Assembly: GCA_002729175.1 (NCBI GenBank)
Contig: PBTS01000069.1
Location: forward strand, 36,674 to 47,980
DNA: 11,307 bases
Reading direction: 5' to 3'
From: Fidelibacterota bacterium
GTDB taxonomy: Bacteria > Fidelibacterota > Marinisomatia > Marinisomatales > S15-B10
A program made the position numbers and the translations under genes. The notes below the pieces were generated by a model, which ran no database searches, had not been told where the DNA came from, and worked only from the letters and a program-made list of their open reading frames with translations. Shown one piece after another: positions 1 through 8,031 of the stretch. Each line of letters opens with the position of its first letter. The stretch's first letter is position 1.

Positions 1-1046
1 AGTGAGGCGATCTCTTTTTCCAGCACCTTAATTTTTTCATCCCTGTTTTCCAAGCTGTCCAATTCACCGTCGATTTTTTCTTTATATGCCATAATGCCAT
101 CATATCCTTCGCCATACTTCTTGGAAAAATCGCGGTACAACTGAAGTCTCTCGTTCACCCAGGCAAGCCGCTCGGGATCAGCTTCAATAGTGTCACCGTA
201 ACGGGACAGTTCCATGGAAATGTCATCCAGAGAATAGATTGCCTCTTTCCACTGGACAGCTTTTTCTTTCAGACTGCTGTCCAGTTCCGCCAGGGATTCA
301 AAGACTTTCAACATCCCCCGAAGACGGTCCAGGGCGGAGTCATCATCTTCGGAAAGGGAATAACTAAGTTCTCGAGCAGTATCTTTCAGGTGCTGGGCAT
401 TACGGAGAATGGCCACCTTTTCTTCAAGTAAGCTCTGCTCCCCTGTCTCAAGCTTAGCCGCATTAATTTCTTGAAGCTGGAACCGGTAAAGTTCTTGCCT
501 CTCCCTGGTAATTTCATCGGCGTTTACTGTCGATTCCAGTTCGGACTGCCGCTCTTTGAGTTCTGTAAAAGCAGCGGTGTAGTTTTGGGAAAATTCCTTG
601 TCCACGGAAAACCGGTCAAGAAGCTGCCGATGATTGTCCACATTCAAAAGAGACTGATGGTGGTGTTGACCCAGAAGATCCAGTAGTATGTCACCAATTT
701 CCTTCAGCTTTCCCACGGTCACCTGATGATCATTCACAAAAGCATAACTCCGGCCACCACGAATTACTTGTCGCCTCACAAGTACGGGCTCACCCACTCG
801 GACATAGGAAGAAAGCAGATCTGGCACCTTACCCGCGAGTTCAAAAGTTGCTTCTACAAATGCCTCCTCTGCACCACTGCGAACCATTTCCGTGGAAGCT
901 TTTTCACCGATGATGAGATTCATGGATCCTATAAGGATGGACTTGCCGGCGCCTGTTTGCCCCGTAAGAATGTTAAGCCCCGCACCAAAGGTGAGGTCCA
1001 TATCTTCTATTAATGCGTAATTCTTAACCCGAAGTCTACTAAGCAT
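1..1046 (-). CDS. recN: DNA repair protein RecN, partial (3' end runs off the window)
   Basis: Absent from the ORF track because there is no stop in the window. Manual translation from ATG at 1046 gives MLSRLRVKNYALIEDMDLTFGAGLNILTGQTGAGKSILIG (Walker A), then DLLGQHHHQSLL (Q-loop region) and ADPERLAWVNERL...KKYG. The segments checked are all in the same frame, down to position 3. Confidence 0.95.
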   Translation of the reverse strand, partial: MLSRLRVKNYALIEDMDLTFGAGLNILTGQTGAGKSILIGSMNLIIGEKASTEMVRSGAEEAFVEATFELAGKVPDLLSSYVRVGEPVLVRRQVIRGGRSYAFVNDHQVTVGKLKEIGDILLDLLGQHHHQSLLNVDNHRQLLDRFSVDKEFSQNYTAAFTELKERQSELESTVNADEITRERQELYRFQLQEINAAKLETGEQSLLEEKVAILRNAQHLKDTARELSYSLSEDDDSALDRLRGMLKVFESLAELDSSLKEKAVQWKEAIYSLDDISMELSRYGDTIEADPERLAWVNERLQLYRDFSKKYGEGYDGIMAYKEKIDGELDSLENRDEKIKVLEKEIAS

Positions 1047-1100
1047 GGAAAGAAGAATTTAATATTGCGCCGGGAAAGAATCTCGGCGGGAAATAAGTTG

Positions 1101-2492
1101 CTACCGGGGAAGTGTTTCAGGCAAGTCGGCCACCACGTAAGCCATAACGGCCATAGCAGCCACACAGAGATTTACATCATGGGGATCGAGCTTATCTATG
1201 GTATCTGCATTGGTATGGTGATACCAGAAATATTTTGATCCTTCAACCCTGAGCCCCATCCCTGGAACCCCTTCGCGCATGATGGGACCGATGTCAGCGC
1301 CGCCGCCGCTGGGAGCAATTTCTCCGGCTTCTATGGGTGCGAGCAGTGAGGCAATCTGCTTAATGATTTCCCAGGCATGGTCCGAACCGGTGAAGCCAAA
1401 TCCGGACGGCTTGAACACACCGCTGTCAGATTCCATGGCGAGCACATGGTTTTTCAGTTCGTCTTGGTGTGCGTCGCGATAGGCGTTACCGCCACGGAGG
1501 CCGTTCTCCTCATTCGTCCACATGACCACCCGCACAGTCCGGCGCGGACGGAGACCAAGATCTTTCATCAATTTTACGGCTTGCCATGCTGCTACACAGC
1601 CGCCAGCATCATCCATAGCCCCTTGACCTACATCCCAGGAATCAATATGTCCCCCAAGAACAACCACCTCTTCCGGCGTTTCAATGCCCCTTAACTCTCC
1701 CACTACATTTCTGGAAGGGACATCATCCTCAAAATGGGCTTCCATATAGAGCGACAGGACAATAGGTTCACCCCTGTCGGCCAGACGGCCCAGCATCATG
1801 GCATCTTCCACTGTAATGGCAGCGTGGGGAATCTTGGGAACGCCCTCTTTGTATCCCATCCCGCCGGTGTGGGGTGTATTCATGGAGAATGGTCCCACCG
1901 AACGAATTAGGCTCGCCACCGCTCCCGCCTCAGCCGCGGCATTGGCTCCATCATGTCGGTAACGGACTGTTTTACCATAGTTGATAAACGGTGCATTGAA
2001 GAGAACGATTTTCCCTTTCGCTTCACCGGCACGTCTTTCCAGCTCCTCAAAATCGTCAACCACCAGCACTTCAGCTGTAATTCCATCACTGGGTGTCGCC
2101 ACACTGCCACCGAGGCCAAGCATGGCCATCTCCTTTTTCCACGGTACTTCCATGCGGGCCCATTCTTTTCCACGAACCCATCTCGGAATCATCACCTCTT
2201 CACCGTGGACATTCTCGAATCCATCTTTTTTCATCTCTTCAAGAATCCAGTCAATGGCATCCTCAAGATTCTTTGTTCCGCTAAAACGCGGTCCAAAACT
2301 GTCCGTTAATTCGGCAAGACGATTATAGGCAAAACTGTCGGCCAGAGCAGCGGTGATAAGTTTCTCAGCAATGCCACGGTATGAAGTCCCAATGTGCAAG
2401 TTTTTTTGAGACCCTTCTAGAGATGGCGTAATAGAAAAAGATGCCCACAACAACATACAGGTACTCAAAAATGAGAGATGCAAGTTCACCAT
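1101..2492 (-). CDS. Secreted M28 family metallopeptidase (carboxypeptidase Q / plasma glutamate carboxypeptidase-like, with PA domain)
   Basis: Hydrophobic N-terminal signal peptide; Zn-ligand motifs GGHIDSWDVGQGAMDDAGG, NEENGLRG, ESDSG and YHHTNADT; PA-like insert KGKIVLFN. Confidence 0.92.
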   Translation of the reverse strand: MVNLHLSFLSTCMLLWASFSITPSLEGSQKNLHIGTSYRGIAEKLITAALADSFAYNRLAELTDSFGPRFSGTKNLEDAIDWILEEMKKDGFENVHGEEVMIPRWVRGKEWARMEVPWKKEMAMLGLGGSVATPSDGITAEVLVVDDFEELERRAGEAKGKIVLFNAPFINYGKTVRYRHDGANAAAEAGAVASLIRSVGPFSMNTPHTGGMGYKEGVPKIPHAAITVEDAMMLGRLADRGEPIVLSLYMEAHFEDDVPSRNVVGELRGIETPEEVVVLGGHIDSWDVGQGAMDDAGGCVAAWQAVKLMKDLGLRPRRTVRVVMWTNEENGLRGGNAYRDAHQDELKNHVLAMESDSGVFKPSGFGFTGSDHAWEIIKQIASLLAPIEAGEIAPSGGGADIGPIMREGVPGMGLRVEGSKYFWYHHTNADTIDKLDPHDVNLCVAAMAVMAYVVADLPETLPR

Positions 2493-2652
2493 GATAAAGC
2501 CATGAAGAGATTATCCCAGACGAATCTGTTTATTTCCAAGTGGTTATGAAAAATGTAGAGTTCTTTTTTACTACTTCCTAGATCCTTTCCGGAAACAATG
2601 TAGCTAAAAGAACCTTTCGAACAAACAAATCCAACTGTATCAAATCAAAATA

Positions 2653-3663
2653 TCAATAACCTGACTTTGTTGTCGTTATGACGACGGCTGCTATTCTGTA
2701 AGGATCGCCGTTGGAAGCGGGTCGTCTGTCTTCAAGCCGTCCTTTCCACCCATCTTCAATAGTTCCTACAGGAATCCGTATGGATGCACCTCTATCGTAT
2801 GCGGCAAATGAAAATGTATCGATGGATTCTGTTTCGTGGGCACCAGTCAACCTCTGATCATTATCCGCACCATAAACAGCAATATGCTCTTGAATCTTTT
2901 GCCCAAAAGCTTCGCAAATTTTGGTAAACACCGCTTCATCACCGCATGACCTCATAGTTGAGTCTGAGAAGTTGACGTGCATACCCGAGCCATTCCAGTC
3001 ACCTTTAATCGGTTTGGGATGCCAGTTTATTGCAACTCCGTATTTTTCTGCATTCCTCTCAGCTAGATATCTCGACACCCAAGTTTCGTCTCCGGCATCT
3101 TTCGCCCCTTTGGAAAATATCTGATATTCCCACTGTCCAGTTGCAACTTCAGCATTGATTCCTTCAACATTCAAACCAGCATCTAAACATTGATCAAGGT
3201 GATCTTCGATAATTTCCCTCCCAAAGGTATTCTTTGCACCGACACTGCAATAGTAAGGCCCCTGAGGATCGGGATAGGCATTCGCGGGAAAGCCCAAAGG
3301 AAGACCCGTTTCAGGATTCCACAGGAAATACTCTTGTTCAAAACCAAACCAGAAATCATTATCATCCTCATTTATAGTCGATCGTCCGTTTGATTCATGA
3401 GGGGTTCCGTCAGCATTTAAAACCTCGGTCATTACCAGATAACCATCACGTCTATCCGGATCAGGATAGATTGCGACAGGCTTCAGCAAGCAATCAGACT
3501 CTTTTCCGGAGGCCTGCTCTGTCGAACTGCCATCAAAAGCCCACATAGGACAGTCCTTTAATTCTCCAGAAAAATCGCTTTCAATTTTTGTCTTGCTTCG
3601 AAGACTCTGAGTGGGTTTGCAACCATCTAACCATATGTACTCCAATTTTGATTTCGCACTCAT
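2653..3663 (-). CDS. glnII: Glutamine synthetase type II (short, 336 aa)
   Basis: Motifs KLEYIWLDG, LRSKTK, WAFDGSST, GFEQEY, QGPYYC, GINAEVATGQWEYQI, DWNGSGMH, RLTGAHET, DRGASIRIP and LEDRRPASN. AGGAG Shine-Dalgarno just upstream of the ATG. Confidence 0.93.
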   Translation of the reverse strand: MSAKSKLEYIWLDGCKPTQSLRSKTKIESDFSGELKDCPMWAFDGSSTEQASGKESDCLLKPVAIYPDPDRRDGYLVMTEVLNADGTPHESNGRSTINEDDNDFWFGFEQEYFLWNPETGLPLGFPANAYPDPQGPYYCSVGAKNTFGREIIEDHLDQCLDAGLNVEGINAEVATGQWEYQIFSKGAKDAGDETWVSRYLAERNAEKYGVAINWHPKPIKGDWNGSGMHVNFSDSTMRSCGDEAVFTKICEAFGQKIQEHIAVYGADNDQRLTGAHETESIDTFSFAAYDRGASIRIPVGTIEDGWKGRLEDRRPASNGDPYRIAAVVITTTKSGY

Positions 3664-3811
3664 AGTGGAATCTCCTATTCTTATGTTTTTGAATAAAGCC
3701 AGTGAAAAAGGTTGCTTAAAATTATTAATTATTAGATAAAGAAAAAAATAAAATTTTAAGTATATATGAAAATATAGCTAAATAATTATACCATTATGGG
3801 TTACAGGGGCT
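3664..3811 (-). promoter_or_regulatory. Very AT-rich intergenic region, probable promoter and RBS of the glutamine synthetase gene
   Basis: Strongly A/T-rich 148-bp gap with long A/T tracts; AGGAG lies 8 nt before the ATG on the minus strand. Confidence 0.55.
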
Positions 3812-4936
3812 TTATTCCATAATCCAACCGGCCACGTCCTCACCAATAGCCAATGCTGCTGTCAACCCAGGTGAATCGATGCCGATAAGATTTATCCATC
3901 CGGGGTAATCGGACTCATGTTTCATGTAGAAATCAGAATGCCCATCCACCATTTCCACCAATTTTGGACGAATCCCGGCATAATCGGAGCTTAGGTCGCC
4001 ACGCTCCAGAGCGGGCAGATATATTTTCGCTTCACGATAAAAAAGATCCAAGTCAGTTTCGTCTACGGCATAATCTTCTGATCGGTCATCCATCCATTCG
4101 GCACTGGGGCCCAGTTTCATCTCACCGTTCTGATCAAAACTTAAGTGAATTCCCAATGTATCGTGGGATACATCAGGAATTGGATAGACAAGACGTTCAA
4201 TACGGTGGCGCCATTTCCCGGAAAGTTTGAAATAGGATCCCTTTAAATACCGCAGCGTGGGATGGGATTTATCATTTGTTCCCCAAAGAAACTGAGCTGT
4301 TTTATCACTATGGAGCCCCGCCGCGTTAACCACCCAAGTAGTGGTTACGGAATAGGATGCTTCCCCGGGTCCTTCAACTTGAAGAGAGTATATGTCACCC
4401 TTCGGTTCCGCACCAACAATAACAGCCTTGAGCAGTAGATCGTGGTCGGCATCAGCCGAAGTCCGATGAAACGCTGACATGAGTTCGTGGGCTGAAATAA
4501 TCCCCGTGCACCCTACAAACATGGCTGATGCCGCTGACACTTCCGGCTCCAGCGTCTGAATCTCCGCTCGATCCATCATATGAATCTCCGTAACACCATT
4601 AGACTGGGCCTGCTCATATAAAGCTTCTAACAGCGCCTCCTGATCGGACTGTGCCACCACAAGCTTACCGCACTTACTGTTCCAGACATCATTTTCACGA
4701 CAGAAAGCATAGAGTCGGTCCCGGCTGGCCAGGCAATACTTCGCTTTGAGAGAATCTGTAGGGTAGTAAATCCCGGAATGAATTACTTCGCTGTTCCGAC
4801 TTGAAATCCCCTGCCCAATGCCCATCTCTTTTTCCACGATGAGCACAGATGTTTCTCCCTTTATCGCCAGTGCCCGCGCTATGGCAAGACCTACAACACC
4901 GGCGCCTATAATGACCACCTTGTAATCCACATCCAT
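3812..4936 (-). CDS. FAD-dependent oxidoreductase, L-2-hydroxyglutarate oxidase (LhgO)/DAO family
   Basis: The likely start is ATG 4936 (MDVDYKVVIIGAGVVG, Rossmann GxGxxG); the longer ORF call to 5113 overlaps lrp. Motifs SSRNSEVIHSGIYY, CGKLVVA, VNAAGL, LGIH, YAGIRPK and GIDSPGLTAALAI. Confidence 0.88.
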   Translation of the reverse strand: MDVDYKVVIIGAGVVGLAIARALAIKGETSVLIVEKEMGIGQGISSRNSEVIHSGIYYPTDSLKAKYCLASRDRLYAFCRENDVWNSKCGKLVVAQSDQEALLEALYEQAQSNGVTEIHMMDRAEIQTLEPEVSAASAMFVGCTGIISAHELMSAFHRTSADADHDLLLKAVIVGAEPKGDIYSLQVEGPGEASYSVTTTWVVNAAGLHSDKTAQFLWGTNDKSHPTLRYLKGSYFKLSGKWRHRIERLVYPIPDVSHDTLGIHLSFDQNGEMKLGPSAEWMDDRSEDYAVDETDLDLFYREAKIYLPALERGDLSSDYAGIRPKLVEMVDGHSDFYMKHESDYPGWINLIGIDSPGLTAALAIGEDVAGWIME

Positions 4937-4944
4937 GGTTACAG

Positions 4945-5388
4945 TTACAGTTTCAGGCAGGTCGCTTCTTTGAAAGTTGACATGACGATCATAGTATGAG
5001 TCCGGATCACCCCCGGCCAAGACTGAATATCTCTCAACAGTGACTCCAGAGATGAAGTATCGTGAGCCCGGACTTTGAGGATATGGGACCCTTCTCCCGT
5101 AATGGAATGACACTCCAATACTTCATCATTATCTTGCGCATATTGAACCATATCGCCGTAAGAGCTAGAAGAAGACATATCTAAGAGAATGTATGCTGTC
5201 ACATCATAGCCTACTTTCTTAGCATCCAGCACGGCACGAAAATCTTTTAGAACACCACCTTCAGTCAGTTTCCGAATCCGTTCTGTAACAGCTGGTACGG
5301 ACAGATCCACTTTTTCCGCCATTTCGCTGGCCGTCATACGCCCGTCTTTCTGAAGAAGACTAAGAATTAGTTTGTCTTTCTCATCCAT
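4945..5388 (-). CDS. Lrp/AsnC family transcriptional regulator
   Basis: N-terminal HTH (MDEKDKLILSLLQKDGRMTASEMAEKVDLSVPAVTERIRKL) and C-terminal RAM domain (VLECHSITGE...GVIRTHTMIV); 147 aa. Confidence 0.95.
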   Translation of the reverse strand: MDEKDKLILSLLQKDGRMTASEMAEKVDLSVPAVTERIRKLTEGGVLKDFRAVLDAKKVGYDVTAYILLDMSSSSSYGDMVQYAQDNDEVLECHSITGEGSHILKVRAHDTSSLESLLRDIQSWPGVIRTHTMIVMSTFKEATCLKL

Positions 5389-5433
5389 GATATAGTGAAA
5401 ATTAAGGTAAAACTTCTCTTAATATTAAAATTT

Positions 5434-6204
5434 TTAAGTGTCACGGTGAATATATCTTGGAAGATGAAGTGTAGCAAAATCAAACTGAAAGGTGCAAAGT
5501 CGCGTCACATCGCCGGAGGAGAGGACAGTCTGGAAAGGGAGGATCGGCTCTTCCATCAGTTGTCCGAACAGTGTGGCAGAGGGGGCTTCGGGAATGGTCT
5601 CTTCAGCCGGCAAGGATTCTACCGTACAGTTACGGCTGATAGCCCGGAGAACTTTGTACAGAGGTATATCTTCATCTGAAAAAAGATTCAATTCTATCAC
5701 CGGCACGGCCGAAAGGGAGGACACCAGATTGGGTCGGCGGGATGTCAAAGTGAGCAATGATCCACACCGGGAGCCTCCCGATATAATCGGCATTGTATAA
5801 AGGCTTCCTGTTTCTTTCCGACGCGCCCACCGCTGAAGCAATATCGGGTCGGCACAGAAATGGAGGAGATCATCACCGCCGGGGACCACAATCTCCGTCA
5901 GTGGTGATTCATGAAGTTGGAACCGTGTGATGATTTCAGACAGTTGCGCATATCCATCTCTGTTTCGGGCAATAACCGTAACACTTCGTTCCCCATCTGT
6001 CATTTCAGCACCGATAAGGGGTGTAATATTGGCTTCGCCGCATGCAGTTGCAAATTCAACTGCACCATAGAGACCGTTCTCATCTGCCAGACAAAGCTGA
6101 CGCAAACCGTGATCGGAAGCGAACGTCACGATATCAGAAATGGAATGAACTCCTTTCAGAAAGGAGTAGTGACTCTTACAGATGACGAGAGATGAATAAC
6201 GCAC
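5434..6204 (-). CDS. Stand-alone PHP domain of DNA polymerase III alpha (DnaE/DnaE2-like N-terminus); truncated or degenerate, possibly a pseudogene
   Basis: SHYSFLKG, LADENGLYGAVEF, PLIGAE and IARNRDGYAQLSEIIT match the DnaE N-terminus. It ends in RLCTFQFDFATLHLPRY, like the PHP C-terminal boundary, and no polymerase core follows. The start is uncertain (GTG 6204 or TTG 6228). Confidence 0.8.
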   Translation of the reverse strand: MRYSSLVICKSHYSFLKGVHSISDIVTFASDHGLRQLCLADENGLYGAVEFATACGEANITPLIGAEMTDGERSVTVIARNRDGYAQLSEIITRFQLHESPLTEIVVPGGDDLLHFCADPILLQRWARRKETGSLYTMPIISGGSRCGSLLTLTSRRPNLVSSLSAVPVIELNLFSDEDIPLYKVLRAISRNCTVESLPAEETIPEAPSATLFGQLMEEPILPFQTVLSSGDVTRLCTFQFDFATLHLPRYIHRDT

Positions 6205-6227
6205 AAATAGCGTATAAATAGCGCACA
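6195..6227. repeat. Three imperfect tandem 11-bp repeats
   Basis: aataacgcaca (6195-6205), aatagcgtata (6206-6216), aatagcgcaca (6217-6227). Confidence 0.75.
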
Positions 6228-6276
6228 ATAAAAAGCCGCCGGGCCGGGCATTGGCCCGGCCGTCACGGCTTTTTAT
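6228..6276 (-). terminator. Rho-independent terminator downstream of ssb (potentially bidirectional)
   Basis: Outer inverted repeat ataaaaagccg (6228-6238) / cggctttttat (6266-6276), plus inner stem ggccgggc (6242-6249) / gcccggcc (6254-6261) with a 4-nt loop. T-tracts on both strands; 15 nt after the ssb stop. Confidence 0.85.
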
Positions 6277-6291
6277 ATAAGCAACCGCTAT

Positions 6292-6696
6292 CTAGAACGG
6301 GAGGTCTTCTTCTTCCGAAACGCTCTCCTTGTTAACTGGGACGCTGTCGTTGCTACTACTGCGTCGACCAAGCATGGTGAACATATCGCCGTGCACTTCC
6401 GTGGTGTTGCGCTTGTTCCCTTCCTTGTCTTCCCAAGAGCGCGTTCTCAATCTGCCCTCCACGTACACCATCTGACCTTTTTTGAGATACTGCGTGGCAG
6501 TTTCAGCGGGTTTGCCAAACAGTACACACCGGTGCCATTCGGTATGGTCCTCGAAATCACCATCAGAGTTCTTACGGCTTTCGTTGGTGGCAACGTTAAA
6601 GTTTGCCACGGCCGTACCCGACGGCGTGTATCGGCTCTCGGGATCTCCACCCAAATGGCCTACGAGGATGACGCGATTTATGCTTCCTTTCTGCAT
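6292..6696 (-). CDS. ssb: Single-stranded DNA-binding protein
   Basis: [44 protein letters not shown] and acidic C-terminal tip EEEDLPF; AGGAG RBS upstream. Confidence 0.98.
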   Translation of the reverse strand: MQKGSINRVILVGHLGGDPESRYTPSGTAVANFNVATNESRKNSDGDFEDHTEWHRCVLFGKPAETATQYLKKGQMVYVEGRLRTRSWEDKEGNKRNTTEVHGDMFTMLGRRSSSNDSVPVNKESVSEEEDLPF

Positions 6697-6785
6697 TAGA
6701 TTTCTCCTTCCTTTGTTTGTTAGACTAACTACCCTCTTCCATTAGAAATATCATATCCCTGACCATGAAAATCAAGGAATTTGTT

Positions 6786-7952
6786 TCATCGCTTCTCGGC
6801 TAAACGGATCGCTTCTCCAGCCAACACTGCATTAAACCCAAACCGGCTCCGCGCCTTATCTATGGCCTCCAGCCGGTGCCATCCTTTTATCCACTCTCTC
6901 TCATCAAACAGATTCGTCTGACGGCCACTGCCGATGAGGTTCGATAGTCCCACCCCAATCAGACGAATCCCTACCCGGCGGGTAATGGCGGAGAACATCA
7001 GCTCCTTCGCCACGGAGAACAGTGAGGGGTCCCTACTCTCAGGCTGAGACAATGTCCGGGAACGATCGATGGTTTCAAAATCTTCGTACCGCAGTTTTAC
7101 CGACACGGTGCGGGCGGCTTTCTGTTCCTTGCGTAACCGCCGACACACTTTTTCCGTAAGCATATGGAGAACAGCCGTGATGTATTGTGGGTCGGTCGTG
7201 TCGGTACGGAAGGTGGTCTCTTTGCTGATGGATTTCCGTTCCCACTCCGGTAACAGTTCGCTCTCATATTTTCCCATAGATGCATACCAAAGCCATCGCC
7301 CGGTCGTCCCCAAAGTCGATTCCATAAGCAACTCCCCCGCTGCTGCGATCTGTCCCACCTGCTCCAGCCCAAAACTCTTTAGTAGTGTAGCTGTTGTTGC
7401 CCCCACACCAGGAATCACCTTCACCGGCAACGGCGCCAGGAAATGTGCCTCCGTTTCCACCGGAACCCACAGCAGACCGTTGGGTTTCGCCTCACTGGAA
7501 GCAATCTTGGCCGTCAGTTTGGTTCTGGCCATTCCCACTGTGCAGTCGAGCTGAGTCATCTGTTTAACGGCCCACCGGATCCGCTCTCCAGTCTCCATGG
7601 GACCGCCCCAAAGTCGCTCCGTTCCTGAAAGATCTATGTACCCCTCATCAATGGACGTCATCTCCACCATCGGCGAAAAAGATTGGAATATCTCCTTCAC
7701 TTTGAAGTGGTAATGGTTGTACAGGTCAAAATCTGTAGGCACGACTACCAGTTCGGGATACCGCCGGATAGCCACTGCCATGGGCATCGCTGAACGGACA
7801 CCAAACTCCCGCGCTTCATAGGATGCTGATGTCACCACGGAGCGCCCAATCTCAGGATCGACTCCCACAGCTACAGGCTTACCTTTCAGAGATGGATCTT
7901 TCAGCCGCTCCAAAGCAACAAAGAAACAGTCCATATCTACGTGAGCAATCAT
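6786..7952 (-). CDS. dinB: DNA polymerase IV (Y-family)
   Basis: Catalytic motifs intact: AHVDMDCFF, ASYEAREFGVRSAMP, SIDEGYID, AKIAS...KPNG, IPGVG. Little finger domain KSISKETTF...IRLIGV; clamp motif QTNLF. Confidence 0.96.
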   Translation of the reverse strand: MIAHVDMDCFFVALERLKDPSLKGKPVAVGVDPEIGRSVVTSASYEAREFGVRSAMPMAVAIRRYPELVVVPTDFDLYNHYHFKVKEIFQSFSPMVEMTSIDEGYIDLSGTERLWGGPMETGERIRWAVKQMTQLDCTVGMARTKLTAKIASSEAKPNGLLWVPVETEAHFLAPLPVKVIPGVGATTATLLKSFGLEQVGQIAAAGELLMESTLGTTGRWLWYASMGKYESELLPEWERKSISKETTFRTDTTDPQYITAVLHMLTEKVCRRLRKEQKAARTVSVKLRYEDFETIDRSRTLSQPESRDPSLFSVAKELMFSAITRRVGIRLIGVGLSNLIGSGRQTNLFDEREWIKGWHRLEAIDKARSRFGFNAVLAGEAIRLAEKR

Positions 7953-8031
7953 TTTATTTAGGTGATTAAGTGATTCATTAATTGGGCGGTTAGCTATGGC
8001 TCCGCCACGTCATTCCCATATGACCGGCCCA

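Noticed and set aside
3664..3811. Possible glutamine riboswitch upstream of GS
   Set aside because: The region is almost all A/T with no stable three-way junction visible.
4938..4952. Short tandem gttaca-gttaca-gtt at the lrp stop
   Set aside because: Too short to be significant; at most a small slippage duplication.
4937..5113. N-terminal 59-aa extension of the oxidoreductase in the ORF track
   Set aside because: It overlaps lrp in another frame, and the Rossmann motif begins right after Met at 4936.
5389..5433. Frameshifted continuation of dnaE after the PHP stop
   Set aside because: Only 45 AT-rich bases precede lrp, and no polymerase-core motifs are visible downstream.
6195..6227. 11-bp repeats as a CRISPR or iteron array
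   Set aside because: The units are too short, have no spacers, and no cas or rep gene is nearby.
2517..6920. Exact 15-bp inverted match cagacgaatctgttt (2517-2531 versus 6906-6920), suggestive of element ends
   Set aside because: One copy encodes the DinB QTNLF motif, there is no transposase, and one 15-mer match in 11 kb has roughly a 1-in-10 chance expectation.
7970..8020. Resemblance of the dinB leader to a fluoride (crcB) riboswitch (GGGAAUGA...AACCGC...UAAUGA)
   Set aside because: The P1 complement and pseudoknot pairing are missing, and the downstream gene does not fit.
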